A DNA stretch of 63,063 bases, counting the filler, from Pelomyxa schiedti (lineage: Eukaryota > Protista > Evosea): the NCBI GenBank assembly GCA_020536535.1. It is 5 parts of 5 records of this genome, joined end to end, with 100 filler letters (N's around TTAATTAATTAA, not from the genome) between each part and the next. Parts side by side here need not be neighbours in the genome. Positions count along the whole stretch, not along the records: positions 1 to 28,505 come from JAHLWZ010000661.1; 4 more parts are not named here. One strand, 5' to 3'. Position numbers and translations under genes: made by a program. Shown here piece by piece: positions 1 to 11,490 of the stretch (position 1 is the stretch's first letter; each line of letters starts with the position of its first letter). The notes under the pieces are model-generated. The model saw only the letters and a list, made by a program, of their open reading frames with translations, was not told the DNA's origin and did not search any database.

Positions 1-269
1 CTCGGTATGTTTGCTGCTGTTGTTCCCAACACCGCCGCTCGACGCCTACACATACGTGGGTGCCGACACCCACAGCGACACCAACAGCCTTTCCTGATCG
101 TTTTCGAAAAAACGGAGACTGGACAAATCTGTTGCTGTAGACTGAGGCAGAGTACTGTTGTTGTTGCCACCCCTTTTTACTTCCCCCTATTGTTGTACTA
201 CACTGTTGTTTGGTTTCCCGTGACTTTCCAGAATCTTCGAAATCTTCGAAATTCTGACCCAAAAAAAGG

Positions 270-690
270 GCAGGTGCATCACAATCAATACGCGACTCTG
301 AAGGGAAGACAGCCTTGGACATTGCCAATGATCAAACAAGTGCAAATTCTTTACCTATTCTCAAATTACACCAGCTTGCTCATGACCTCGATCAACCTCT
401 CGAGTTCTGTAAAGTGCACGTAGAAGAACTCCGAAAAGTCACAGCCTTCACAAAGGAATCCCTACAAGCTGCCATGAAAGTCCGTGGCAGAAGCAGTCAC
501 TAGCAAGAGGAAACACCACCACAAACAGGAAGGTTCTGGTGAACGTCACAGTAGTGTGTCAACAGACAGGAAAAATATCAGAAAGGAATCAACACCATCA
601 CCTGCAGTTACTTTAGCCCCCGGTGTTAGCACACAACCCAATGAAAATATTCACTCTCCCCCTCTTTCAACGAAGATTCCACCAACTGGA
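270..690 (+). CDS. Inverted 3' segment of the ACAP-like gene (end of last ankyrin repeat plus tail)
   Basis: The + strand reads AGASQSIRDSEGKTALDIANDQTSANSLPILKL, then a probable 43-nt intron at 438-480, then SVAEAVTSKRKHHH...PPTG. It continues the minus-strand ...VVALLR in frame with exact 33-aa ankyrin spacing. Confidence 0.75.
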
Positions 691-3600
691 CCTAAGGAGG
701 GCAACAACATCAGGTTTCCTGTCTCGTAGTACAGCATAGTGGAGTGCTGTGCTGTTGCTGATATCGGGACTGGTATTGTTTGGTCACAACAATTATTAAC
801 TTGGTAACCCTCTACATATCAACAGGGCTGCCTGAGCCAATGAGAAGCCCTAAACACACCAGGGAATGGCAACGAACAGCAATATGAACAAGAGATCTGT
901 GGAAGTTAGAATGCACGATTAGGTCCAAAAAAACCTTTTTTTGCTAGTGAATGTTTGTGTAATATCAGCACCATGTGCAATGCAAGTTAGTAACTTCTTT
1001 ACACTGCCAGTTTTAACAGCATCAACAACATTCTTTTGTTTTTAAGTGTTGATTTGGGATGGAAATCTTACAAGGGTGACATCAAAGGGAGTTGGGCTGA
1101 TAAATAACTTTTTCTGATACTTTGCTGTAATCCAATTACGACGCATAGTACTAAATCAGATGAGTGAAAGGAGGCAACTGATGGGGGGGAGCACTTGTCT
1201 GAATCTGGTTGAATTTTCGTGTATTCAAGTGGCACTTCATGTTGCCATACAGCATTTGCTTTTTCATTTCCAAGTGCTGAGAGCATCTAGAGTATGTCAC
1301 TGAGATTTAGTAGTGTGCCTTTGGCTACCAAGTAAAGTTCTGGCTTAAAGTGATCCAAAGTGAGACTTCTGACTTTGCTGATGTGTGTTCCCATTTGTCT
1401 GTGAAAACCTATGAGATGTGACTTGCAAAAAAAAAAGAAAAGAATGTGAAACCAGAACAGGTGATGCAAATTATAACCCCCAAATTTATGGAAACCCAAT
1501 CTGGGTCTGGAGACATAAGTAAAGTTGTATTGAAAATGGTGGGTAATTGTTGTCTAATACCAGGGGCACCACAGTCAGCACAAGTGGAATTTGAGTGGTG
1601 TAGTTCTCTCAGCAACTGTAATTCCGGGTGTGCTTCCTCTGAGGCTTTTTTCATACCACAAATTAATTACGAACAATTGAAGAAGTAAAAGGCACATACC
1701 AGTCTTGAGATTGTTACCCTGCCCAAGCAACAGTTCCCGTGAATTGTTTATGGCATTTATCCATGCTGTCAATTCTTCCTGTGAACCAGCCTGGTAGACA
1801 ATTAACCGAAAAGAATGATGGTGAAAGTAACCTGAAGTAAAAAACTTGTTGCTGGAGGAGTTATGATCTCAAAACAAAACCTTCTATCCAAGTCATCTCT
1901 TACGTGCAAGGTAGTTAGAAGAATGTCCACAGCCTTAGCTCGAACTGGATCCTAAACAATGGAGCGCAGTGAGATGTTTAGATTACTGTTTTTTCTGGTA
2001 AATTGATGGGGAGAGACCTATAAGTAATCACAACATACCTTTCCATCTTTGTAGTAGAAGAATTTGCCATCTTCAATTTTGAAGTATCGCCGTTGCCACA
2101 TTTTTCCAAAACTCGTAGTCCTTTTGAAGAGGTATCTAGGATTGTGAGTATAAAATTTGTTGTTACGACTTAAATTACCCTTCTTGTACAGCATTTTTAG
2201 CTGCTAGTATTGGTGCAGGAGTGTCTTTTTGCTAAATGGGTGACGTGATGGGTAAATTCATTAATGGAAGGCATTAAGATGACGAACTTACATTTGTAAG
2301 ACTTATTCGGGATTCCAGGTCTTGCTTGTGCATTGAAGCAGCACTGATCAGATCAAGGTTAGCTGTCACTGCTACTTGTTTGTAAAGCGAATCGTGTTCT
2401 TGAACTGTGGCAAGAGACTGCTTGAAGAATGCCTGCTGCTGCTGAAGGATCCCTTGAATGCACTCAAGGAGGAGAATGCGATAATGGGCCTGTAAATCTC
2501 GGGTAGAATAAAGTTAAGAGAGTAAATAACAGCGCACCTTAGCTTGGTTTATCCCACTAGCAAGGTTTGCAATAGCTTCCTTCTGGTCCCGTTTTGATGA
2601 TAAAACTTCTTGTGATATCTGCATTCCTAATGATTATTTTGGGCACGACATGAAAATAGTTACATCATTGGTGTCAGTTGTCTTTTTAGAGCGAGCATAT
2701 TTTGCAGCCATTGAATCAAGATGTTCTGACTTCCGTTTAAACTCTTTTCCTTTGTTCTTTATCAAGGTGAGATGTGGCTTCATTCTAATGGTGCATTTGT
2801 AACTTGTACATCTGCTATGTATTCATCAAGGAATTTTTGGAGATTCGTATGTGTGAATACTTCTAATGCATTAATCTGCACTTGATGAGGGTTGCAATAT
2901 GAAGGATATGGCTCACGAAATTTGATCTCTCTTTATCAATTAACTGAAGAGCATCACAGACTTTTGCCAAACTCTTTCCTAAACGTAAAGATGAACATAT
3001 TGTGAAGAAAACTAAGTGTAATACGTAGAAATACGTCTCCTGGCAAGTTGGTAAATTCAGTCAGCAAATCTGAGAACCTCTCTGTAAACTCTAGATAGAA
3101 GAATCAGAAACAGTCAGTACAAGAATTACTAGAATAACCATTTGCAGTATTTTGAAGAGCCTTAAACAGCTTCATTACGTGAGTGAGCTGCCGACCCCGT
3201 TGCTTCATTCCCAATAACTCACGCCTCAGTTCCTCACGAGAAATGGGCGAGTCGTCAATAACACTAGGAATTGAAATAGGGACAGTCTCAGTGTCCGGCT
3301 GGTGCATAGTGTTCTGTGCACCACCAACACTAGGTGCAACAACAGCAGCACTCCCACCCAAACTGCTCCTCATTCCGTTTCCGCTTCCCGCTCCCATCCC
3401 AATCCCAATCCCCATCCCAGGCCCCGGCACCGTTCCAACAACCACAGGAATTCCTCCTGTCCCCGTCCCCGTCCCAGTCCCCGTCCCAGTCCCAACCCCA
3501 ATTCCCATTCCAGTCCCGCTGCAGCTGAGACCGCTCCCCCCACTGCTCTTCATTTGCACTTCGCTCGCGGCAGAGGCGGCAGCGGGCGTGACGGCCCCGC

Positions 3601-4144
3601 GGGTCAGGGTCTGCACGTCGCCGTCGCTCTGTGCCCCGGACCCTCCCCCCTTGAATTCCTCGTCGTTGCTCCCCACTGTGCTTGTGGTCGCGGGGGGCTG
3701 CTGCTGCTGTTGCTGCTGCCGCGGCTCGCCAGGGAGGGCGGCGGGGGCCCCGGGGGAAGGCGACGCCCGGGCGGCGGCGGCGCCCACCGAGTGCCCCGTG
3801 TGGCGCGCGGTGCTGCTGCTCCCCCCGTGGTACGAGTGCCTGTGGCTGCTGTGCGTGCGGTGGTGCGACGTCGCGCTGGGGTGGTGCAGCGTCGTGGGCG
3901 ACGGGTGCACCGCCGCCGGCGACGCGATGGTGGGCGAGGACGACGACGACGGCGACGGCGACGGCGACGACATCAGGTCGCCGCTGCTGTTGCTGCCGGA
4001 CGACAAGGCTATCCTGGCGTTGCCGTCGGGGCTGACACTGCAATCGGGCGGCGACGCCAGCGGGCCTTGTTGTTGGTCGGCCAAGGACGCCCCCCCGTTT
4101 GTGCCGCTGCCGATCGCGGCTGCGTCTCCTGCTGCGAGCGACAT
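691..4144 (-). CDS. ACAP/centaurin-beta-like ArfGAP (BAR-PH-ArfGAP-ankyrin), multi-exon; 3' part displaced by inversion
   Basis: Spliced translation gives a BAR start (DDSPISREELRRE), PH motifs (GYLFKRTTSFGKMWQRRYFKIEDG; RRFCFEIITP; WINAINNS), the ArfGAP zinc finger (CADCGAP/DPDWVSINLGVIICITCSG/FHRQMGTHISKVRSLTLD; LGNEKANAVWQ) and ankyrin repeats (AHGADI; SLVHIAVRCHSLVCLGLL; TALHYAVLRDRKPDVVALLR). Introns are short and GT-AG. Confidence 0.9.
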
Positions 4145-4269
4145 CGATTATTACGGTAAAACCCCTTGGGATTTTTCGAAGTTTCTTTAGGAAAGAGTGC
4201 AAATGTGAATCTTATGTGGAGTTATCCAAAGACTTTGTCATTTTGTTGGGAACAACAATACAAAACAAG

Positions 4270-5163
4270 CTAGAGACGGGGTGGGGCAAAGACAGAGGGT
4301 GAGCAGGGATATAGAAGGGGAGCGCCGAGCACCGCCGGCGGGGCTGTTGTCATTGTTGTTTGAGTGTTTGCTTGTGCAGGGGCTTGTGCCGGTGCGTTGG
4401 TGGTTACAACTAATGTGGTGCTGCTTGTTATTGGTGTGGAGTTTGTGAGTGGGTTGCTGGGTGTTGGTTGTTGTTGCTGTTGTTGTTGTTGGGACAGAGG
4501 TGGGGCGGTGCTAAGAGAAGTCGAGCTAGTGGCAACGGAAAGTGCTGGGTTTCGGGCAAGTAACTCCGCCTTCTTTTTCATCTTGTTGGATAATAGGTTC
4601 TGCAACATAGCTATGCGTTTCGTGTAGGATTTCTCCTCGTTGCGGAGGTGCATTGCGCGTATTGCTCTGAAACATTCTACAGAATGATATCCTTTTCCTG
4701 TGAGGGGGTCTCTATATTTTGCCGGCTTGCCGCAAGCCGGGACTGCGCACAGGAAAGGTTCCTTCTGATGTGCTAAAAAAAGGAGAGCACAATGTCAGAC
4801 AATCTTTCAATGGGCAAGACATTACGTGAAATTCCTGTCGAGGGACACAAATTGGTGGGTATAACAGAAGGATCTGAAAAAGATATCTCATTCTTACAGA
4901 ATCTTTCACCAGTTTCTGGATCCGTTACAGTATAGGAATGGAATGTTGTGTGTGGTCCTGGGGCTCTTTTTTTTTAAATTAGCTGCATTGAGTATTATCA
5001 GACATACTTTTGTTTCTTAACAGTTTGCTTCTTCTTTTCTTCAAAGTTTTTCAACATAACTTTTAGAGACTCCATGTTGAGTTCCTCAGTTATTTTGGCC
5101 TCTGCCAACAAGTCCTCCTGTGTCATTTGTCGTGGTCCTTTGGATTTCAGCTTGGTTTTTCTC
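4270..5163 (-). CDS. VPS72: YL1/Vps72 (SWR1 subunit, H2A.Z chaperone), 3' part
   Basis: MTQEDLLAEAKITEELNMESLK motif and YL1_C domain CAVPACGKPAKYRDPLTGKGYHSVECFRAIR. Cut by the N-gap at 5164. Confidence 0.88.
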
Positions 5164-5263
5164 NNNNNNNNNNNNNNNNNNNNNNNNNNNNNNNNNNNNN
5201 NNNNNNNNNNNNNNNNNNNNNNNNNNNNNNNNNNNNNNNNNNNNNNNNNNNNNNNNNNNNNNN

Positions 5264-6790
5264 ATTATACTCACACTGTGTGTCGGCCGGGTGACTGGTC
5301 ATCATTAAGTCATGTAGATCTTCCCGCAAGAAGTCCACCTTGGGAAAGCCAACCCACATGTGCAAATGCAAACAGCGATTACCCATCCTCCTAATACCGA
5401 GGCCACATAAAGTAGAACTCGCTTCAGCCAGCTCAGGGTCTTCAAATAGAAAAGCGAGGAGAAGATTACTGTCTGCTTTCACTGTTCACTTCTCAACTTA
5501 TGTAAGCAGTGAAGTGTATTTGTTTGTTGGTACTCATGCGCTGTGCAGATCACTGAAACGGAAGTTCTTCTACTCATACGATTGTCTAAGATCATGAAAA
5601 GTGAGGCACCCAATCTGGCTTCATGTATATTGGTACTTGAGGTTTACCGCCGAATAAGCCTTTTATTGAGGTAATTTCTTTTTCCTCTGTTTGGATGCAC
5701 TCACAAGCTTAGTGCAATCTATTCTCATCGTGATGCGAAAGAGAGTGAAGAGGCCAAGCTCTACAAAGAAATGGTGGAAGCTTGTTCGACATTTTATCCA
5801 ACAGTCCTTTAAGCTAGACTGGGCCAGTTCTCAATTGAAGACGGTGCCAATTCCAGAAATAAGTGGTATCTCCTCACCAACTCACTCAAATTCAGCTTGC
5901 AAGCACATCCAGACGGCTACAAGGTACAAAGACATCCCTGAAACTGTTCTGACTGAAGTATTGCAGTTATTTTCCCTCGTGGTTGGAGACGCTGCCCCGT
6001 CGTCTACAACGCAACAGGTGGAGCACTAAAACGGGTTCATGAGGCTATGGTTTTCCTGCTTGGAACATACTTAATCCCCGTGAAACATTTATTCCATTGA
6101 TATGCAAGTGTGGTTTTTTGCCACTTGGCTGTCTGCACTCTTTTTTTATGTTAGTTGACACAAGTAGCAACACCTCCTTTTGTAAGTACCCCACAAAAAA
6201 GCGGAATTCTTTTAAGAAACTAACTACTTCAGACTTTCTGGTCTGACCCTTAAAGCTACGACAGCTGTTGCTAGCCCCGGATCTTCAATGGTATATCCCT
6301 TTTTTTTGCTGTTAAAGATTTGATGGACTTGAAGGAACGAGCTGATGCGCGTACGTCCGTCTGTGGCTGGTGCTGGATTGGATTCCATCAATAAAATGCG
6401 ACATAATTGAGATCTTAACACCGGCAGTCATAAAGCTCTGCAAGGAGGTAATAGGCGCGTTCACATAAGCAAAACACCGAAACCACATAAGCTGTAAGAG
6501 ACAGACCCACCTCCTGTCATCCACTGATATTAGTTCTAGGCCTGAAGTTGAGGAGATTATGTGTGTTCTTACCTTGCTGGAAAGCCTCCGCACCGAGGCT
6601 CTCCGCATTCACCCCAGATACGGTGACTGCAGGTGAGAAGAATTCTTACCTCACACACTATCACATGCTGGAGCTCTACCTTTGGCCTGGTAGCTTGTAT
6701 TGTGGTGGCTACCGAGTTGGATGGAGGCAAGGGTTGCCCATCAGAGACATTCTCCAGGCCCAACCACAACCCACCAAACTGATGAAGTAA
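5264..6790 (+). pseudogene. Degenerate multi-exon gene remnant, weakly kinase-like
   Basis: Exon-like pieces (ETEVLLLIRLSKIMKSEAPNL; LAPDLQW; SRPEVEEIMCVL) are interrupted by stops. No intact catalytic motifs were found. Confidence 0.2.
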
Positions 6791-6831
6791 ATAAAAAGAG
6801 TTCCCGAAAAAGTTGCTATTTAACTTTGTTT

Positions 6832-9800
6832 TTACAAGGCTCTCTTCCATATTTTAAAAACGACGAGAAGTGCAGGGCCTTCAACAAAAGTAGACCACAC
6901 ATGAAGCTCTCCATGACGTGAAGTTCCATAGCTGAAACTGGACGACCTAGTGCTGGCGCGGAGCTCTCCCATTCCCGTTGCTGCTGTGGCTGTTGATGTG
7001 GATGTTCCTTCACTAGTACTGGTACTTGCCGTACTCGCCGGCGTAATGGTTATTGCTGGGGTTGTTGTTGCGCTTGAGGATTCTGCAGTGGAACCTGTGG
7101 GACTGGCGGTGGTGCTTGTTGTGTTTGTTGTTGTTGTGGTGGTGTTGGTGCCGGTGCCGGTGCTTGTTTCCGGACCTGTGATTATTGCTAGCCTGCTACT
7201 TGCAGGGCTGTGGCACTTGAACCCGTCGGCGAGGAACACAGTGGCGAGAGTGGACCCGAACTTGGTGGCCTGCACTTCGCCCAGGGTCGGGACTGTCATG
7301 CACGAGGCGGCCACCTTTTCCAGTGTCTGGGCGTCGTAGACAGTGAGGCTGGTGCCGCAGTTGCAGGCGAACAGCTGAACAACTCCCGGGTAGACGACAA
7401 GCTGCAGGTTGTTGAGCGGATCGGCGGCCGATATGTCCACGCGGCTCAGGACTTGGGGCTGCATGAGCTCGCGGTGCAGCTTCTCGGCCTCGGGAGTGGA
7501 TTCGTGGTGTACAACCCGCTTGCTGGCCGGCTGCCATACAACCACTGTGCCACCGATTACGCACCACACTTTGTTCTCGAATGAGGCCATGCTGGATACC
7601 GGCTGCTTGTCAAAGACAGACACCCTGAACAGTATGGTATTTGTGAACGCACAGCATACTAGTAAGATGCCACTCGAGCCAATCCAAACTTGCCCGGGAT
7701 CCTTGACATAGCACATACAAAATGGAGGTAGCCGGCCCAAATTCAGCGCTCCTATGCTTTGTATATTGCCATCCAGGAGTTCACAAACGGTGACTGAGCC
7801 TTCTCTGGCACTGGCACACCATACAATACCCGGCTGGGTAACTTCCACGCATTGCACACTTGACATTGCAGAGAACACAGAGTGCCTCGCAATAACACTC
7901 TTTGTTTTGATGTCCACAGCAATGAGTGTGCCATTCCCCATCCCACAGAATATGTGACCAGTTTCCCATGAAGGTGACATGCACCATACCCTCTTGCTTA
8001 CATCCACAGTGTTGGCGGCATTCTTTTCTTGTAGATTCCTCTTGTGGCCCTTCTTTTTTGCACTTTTCAGAGCACTTGGTGACTTTGAAATATTTGCAAT
8101 AAGTTCCATGGTTGCCACGCCTCCCAGAGCTCCGGCTGCAACATTTAGAACCTCAGCAATAGCAAAGGAGGCTGCCTTTGCATCTGTTAGGATGGTGGTT
8201 TCTAGTTCGTGGGTTTTGCAGTCATACAACTTGAAGGAACGTGAGGCAAAGCAAATTAGCAGTACACTTAACCTGAATTGTGCTGTCATCGCAGCCACAC
8301 CAGATTCTATCTTCCACAGCAAGAATGCACCACACCCGTTTACCTGGATCAACACTCTTCGCCGTAACATCAATGCCACGTATGGTTTGTGGTGTAGATA
8401 TTATTGCTGAGTTTATGGGTGAGGTTATGATGAGGTTGGGGAACAGAGGAACCTTTGGGGCCTTGTGTTCTATTCATTTCGTCAGCGATATCACTCAGTT
8501 TTGCTGCGGCAGCTTTCAACAGTGAATAATGCGATTCAGATGGTGGGGTTCCCTGTTTGATGTTTTATTAAACTCATCTTAAACCAATGTACCTTCAGCA
8601 AGTCCTATGGCACCAAAAAAAAAAAGTTAGAAATAAAGGTACTGAGTGGAATCCATACATCGAGGAGCATCTTGTCTAGAATAGTTTAATGACCCACAAA
8701 CAAAAATAGGGAAGAGATTACATCGCAATACGCGTTGCACAGGGGTGATGAGAAGGTCTAAGAGATCAACCTTTCTTTTCATTTCAACCCAAACTTGCTT
8801 TACTTGTTGCTTGAAACCATTAAGTGGCAATACAAACAAAGAAACATAAAATGAATGCAAATGACTCCTAAAATAAATAGAATAAAAAAATGCAATACCT
8901 TTATAAAGGCATCCAGTTCTGGTAATTTCTTTCGAGCAGTAAGAACACAGTCAACAAGTGGAGGGTGGTGAATGAAAAAGGAGTGATATGTTTGAGCCAT
9001 GATATTGGAAAAAGACTCATTCAAAAATGTTTGAGCAACATGCATTGCAGTCTCCTCACTAGAGAAATAAGACAGGATGAGTAACAAGATCGTGAAACGG
9101 AATTGTACTGTTGCATTGCTGCTAGGAAACTAACTGTGAACTGAATGATTGGAACCAGGGTTGCTAGGCCTTCTGACACAGCATTTGGAATAGTAGATTG
9201 GGGAGACGTAGCAAGAATATTAGTGAGGGGTGTCATGAAGTACTAAAGGGTTTAAGAACTTTTCTAGAAACTGATGTAGAAGTACCCTCATCACAATTTT
9301 GAGATCTGAAAGGTAGCTTTCTTCAGTTACCAAAATTTCTTTAATGCGATGCTGTTCAATATTTTCCCTGTCTGTGGGGATAAGTATCAACTGGATAAGG
9401 TAATTGCTTACCCCTTGTTTTTGTATACAGTTTTTTGGTGAACCGGGTGATTATCAGTGCCTGCAAGAACTCAATTGATTCATGCAACTCCGGATCAATG
9501 CCGCGTTCTTCTGGGGACTCTTCGTGTGATAATGAGTGAACCGTATTAACCACTTCTGCTAGTGCTTCTTCTTCAAGTTTTGTAACTGTGAGAGGTGAAG
9601 GGGATGAGGTCTGCGGGCCACTACGAAGTGTAACAGACACGCCATTTTCTGGGTCTTCCTTCTTCACTCTCGTAACATTTTCCTTCATTTCTTCTGGCTT
9701 TTCATTTGCATCACCCGACGTTTCACTGCCAGTGCCGTCAATCAAACCTTGTGGAGTCGGTTTCCCCTCAACAGAGTTGCTCTCATCAAGTGGATCAGGG

Positions 9801-11257
9801 GTGGATGAATGCTTTTTTTTCTTGGATTTCTTTCTTGGTTCTACTGGAATACTTTCCGGTTCCTCTACCTTTGGCGTTTCTTGTGGGTCTACTGTGGCAT
9901 CAGATACCTGATTTTCCTGAGTTTTTACCGTGTTACTTTCTGCCACTTGATCTTCTTCTACAGAAGTGGGTTCATTACGATCTCTTTTCGATTTTCGAGG
10001 TTTAGGGGTAGCTTGGACCTCGTTTTCAGGCTTGTCTGCTATATCTGTGCTCTGTGTTTCTATGACAATCTTGTCCTTTTTGGTGTGCCTGCTAGCTTTA
10101 GGTGTCTCTTCTTCTGCGGGATTTGTGTCTGGGACAGTCTTTTCCTTCTCTGTGCTTTTTCCCTTATCTTTACTCTTGCCACTTTTTTCTTTCTCCACCT
10201 CCTCGTGCACAACAGCTGTGGGTCCTGCAGCCTGCTCTTTATCCACCTTTTCAGACTCATGGGCTTCGTCCCTTGAGTGCTTCCTCGAGTGTCCCTTGGT
10301 GTGATCCCTGGAGTGCTCCCTGGAGTGGTCCCCAGAGTGATCCCCAGAGTGCTCCCGGGAGTGGCCCCTCGAGTGCTCCTTGGAGTTTTCCCTCCGGGTG
10401 TGGTCCCGCGAGTGCGGCCTGTGGTGGTCCCTCGACCTATCCTTCTCCTCCTTTTCCTTCTCCCTCTCCCTCTCCTTTTCGTCCGCCTCTTCTCTCGCTA
10501 TGCTGCCCTTATGCTCTCTTGATGAGTGCTTTGAGTCCTTGGGGGATTCCGCCACGGTCTTGGCGATCTCCTTCATGGCCTGGGACAGGATCTCCTTAGA
10601 GTCGGCCCTTGCCCTCCGCCTGTCCTCGTCCCTCGGCCTGTGGCGGTGCGAGCTACTCGGCGTCGTCGTCGTAGTGGCCGTCGCGGCGCCCTCGGCTCCC
10701 TCGCGGAGGCTCTCGCAGCTCCTGGACAGGGCGCCGCGGACGGGCCTGGGCGAGCCGTCGTCCGAGTTGGGCGGCTCGGGGTCGGCCTCGGCCGCGGACT
10801 GCCGCAGCGTGAGGGTGGAGGCCGCCGCGTGGCCCTCGGCGCGCAGCGTGCGGTGCTGCCGCTGCCCGCTGCTGTGCGGCGACGCGTGGGGCGTCCGCGT
10901 CGTCCTCATGGTAGAAGACGCCCCGTGCGGCGAGTGCTTCCTGGTGCTCCCGCTGCTGCTGGTGGTGGTGCTGTTGTTGCTGGTGGGGCTCGTGGGTGAC
11001 TTTGGGGGCACGACCGCCGCTGCTGCCGCCGCCCCCTCTTCCTCGCGCCTGTGGTGGTGGTGCCTGGGGGTGCTGCACTCGGCCTCCGCGGGCGTGGCGG
11101 GGGCCTCGCGGGTCTCGTCGGCGGACTCGCGGCCGCCGTGGGAGGAGCGGCGCGGGGTGGAGCGGTGGTGGTGGGGGGAGGAGGTGCACGCGGACGACGA
11201 CCTCAGGGCCGAGGCCGCGTGTGGGGTGTCCGAGTCGCCGGCGTTCGTCGTGTCCAT
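6832..11257 (-). CDS. Dbl-homology RhoGEF with long disordered N-terminus and C-terminal beta-propeller-like region (ARHGEF10/17-like layout)
   Basis: DH motifs across short introns: IKEILVTEESYLSDLKI, DLLDLLITPVQRVLRYKMLLDDLLK, LSDIADEMN. The final ~515-aa exon has WD40-like strands (VWCMS, IFCGMGNGTL, QVWIGSSG). ATG at 11257. Confidence 0.85.
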
Positions 11258-11490
11258 GCCCGCACGTCGGTGTGCGTTCGTTCTCCGATTGAACCGATAC
11301 TTGGCTTTTTTTGGGAATTCATGAGCATTCCTTTGAAATCGAATTTGCCCGAACGGCACTCCCCTTTTCCTCACATCCCCACCACCCAAGAGGACTGTTC
11401 CTAGGAGTCTCATAGAGCCTAGAGTGATTGATCAGTCTCTCATTGGGTAGATAAACACAAAAAAAAAAAACAAAAAATTTGGCGAATTGA

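Noticed and set aside
3183-4202. Long overlapping or antisense ORFs (also 10380-11324, 22395-23402, 30080-31375, 49581-50195)
   Set aside because: Shadows of GC-rich low-complexity coding exons, with no domain signal.
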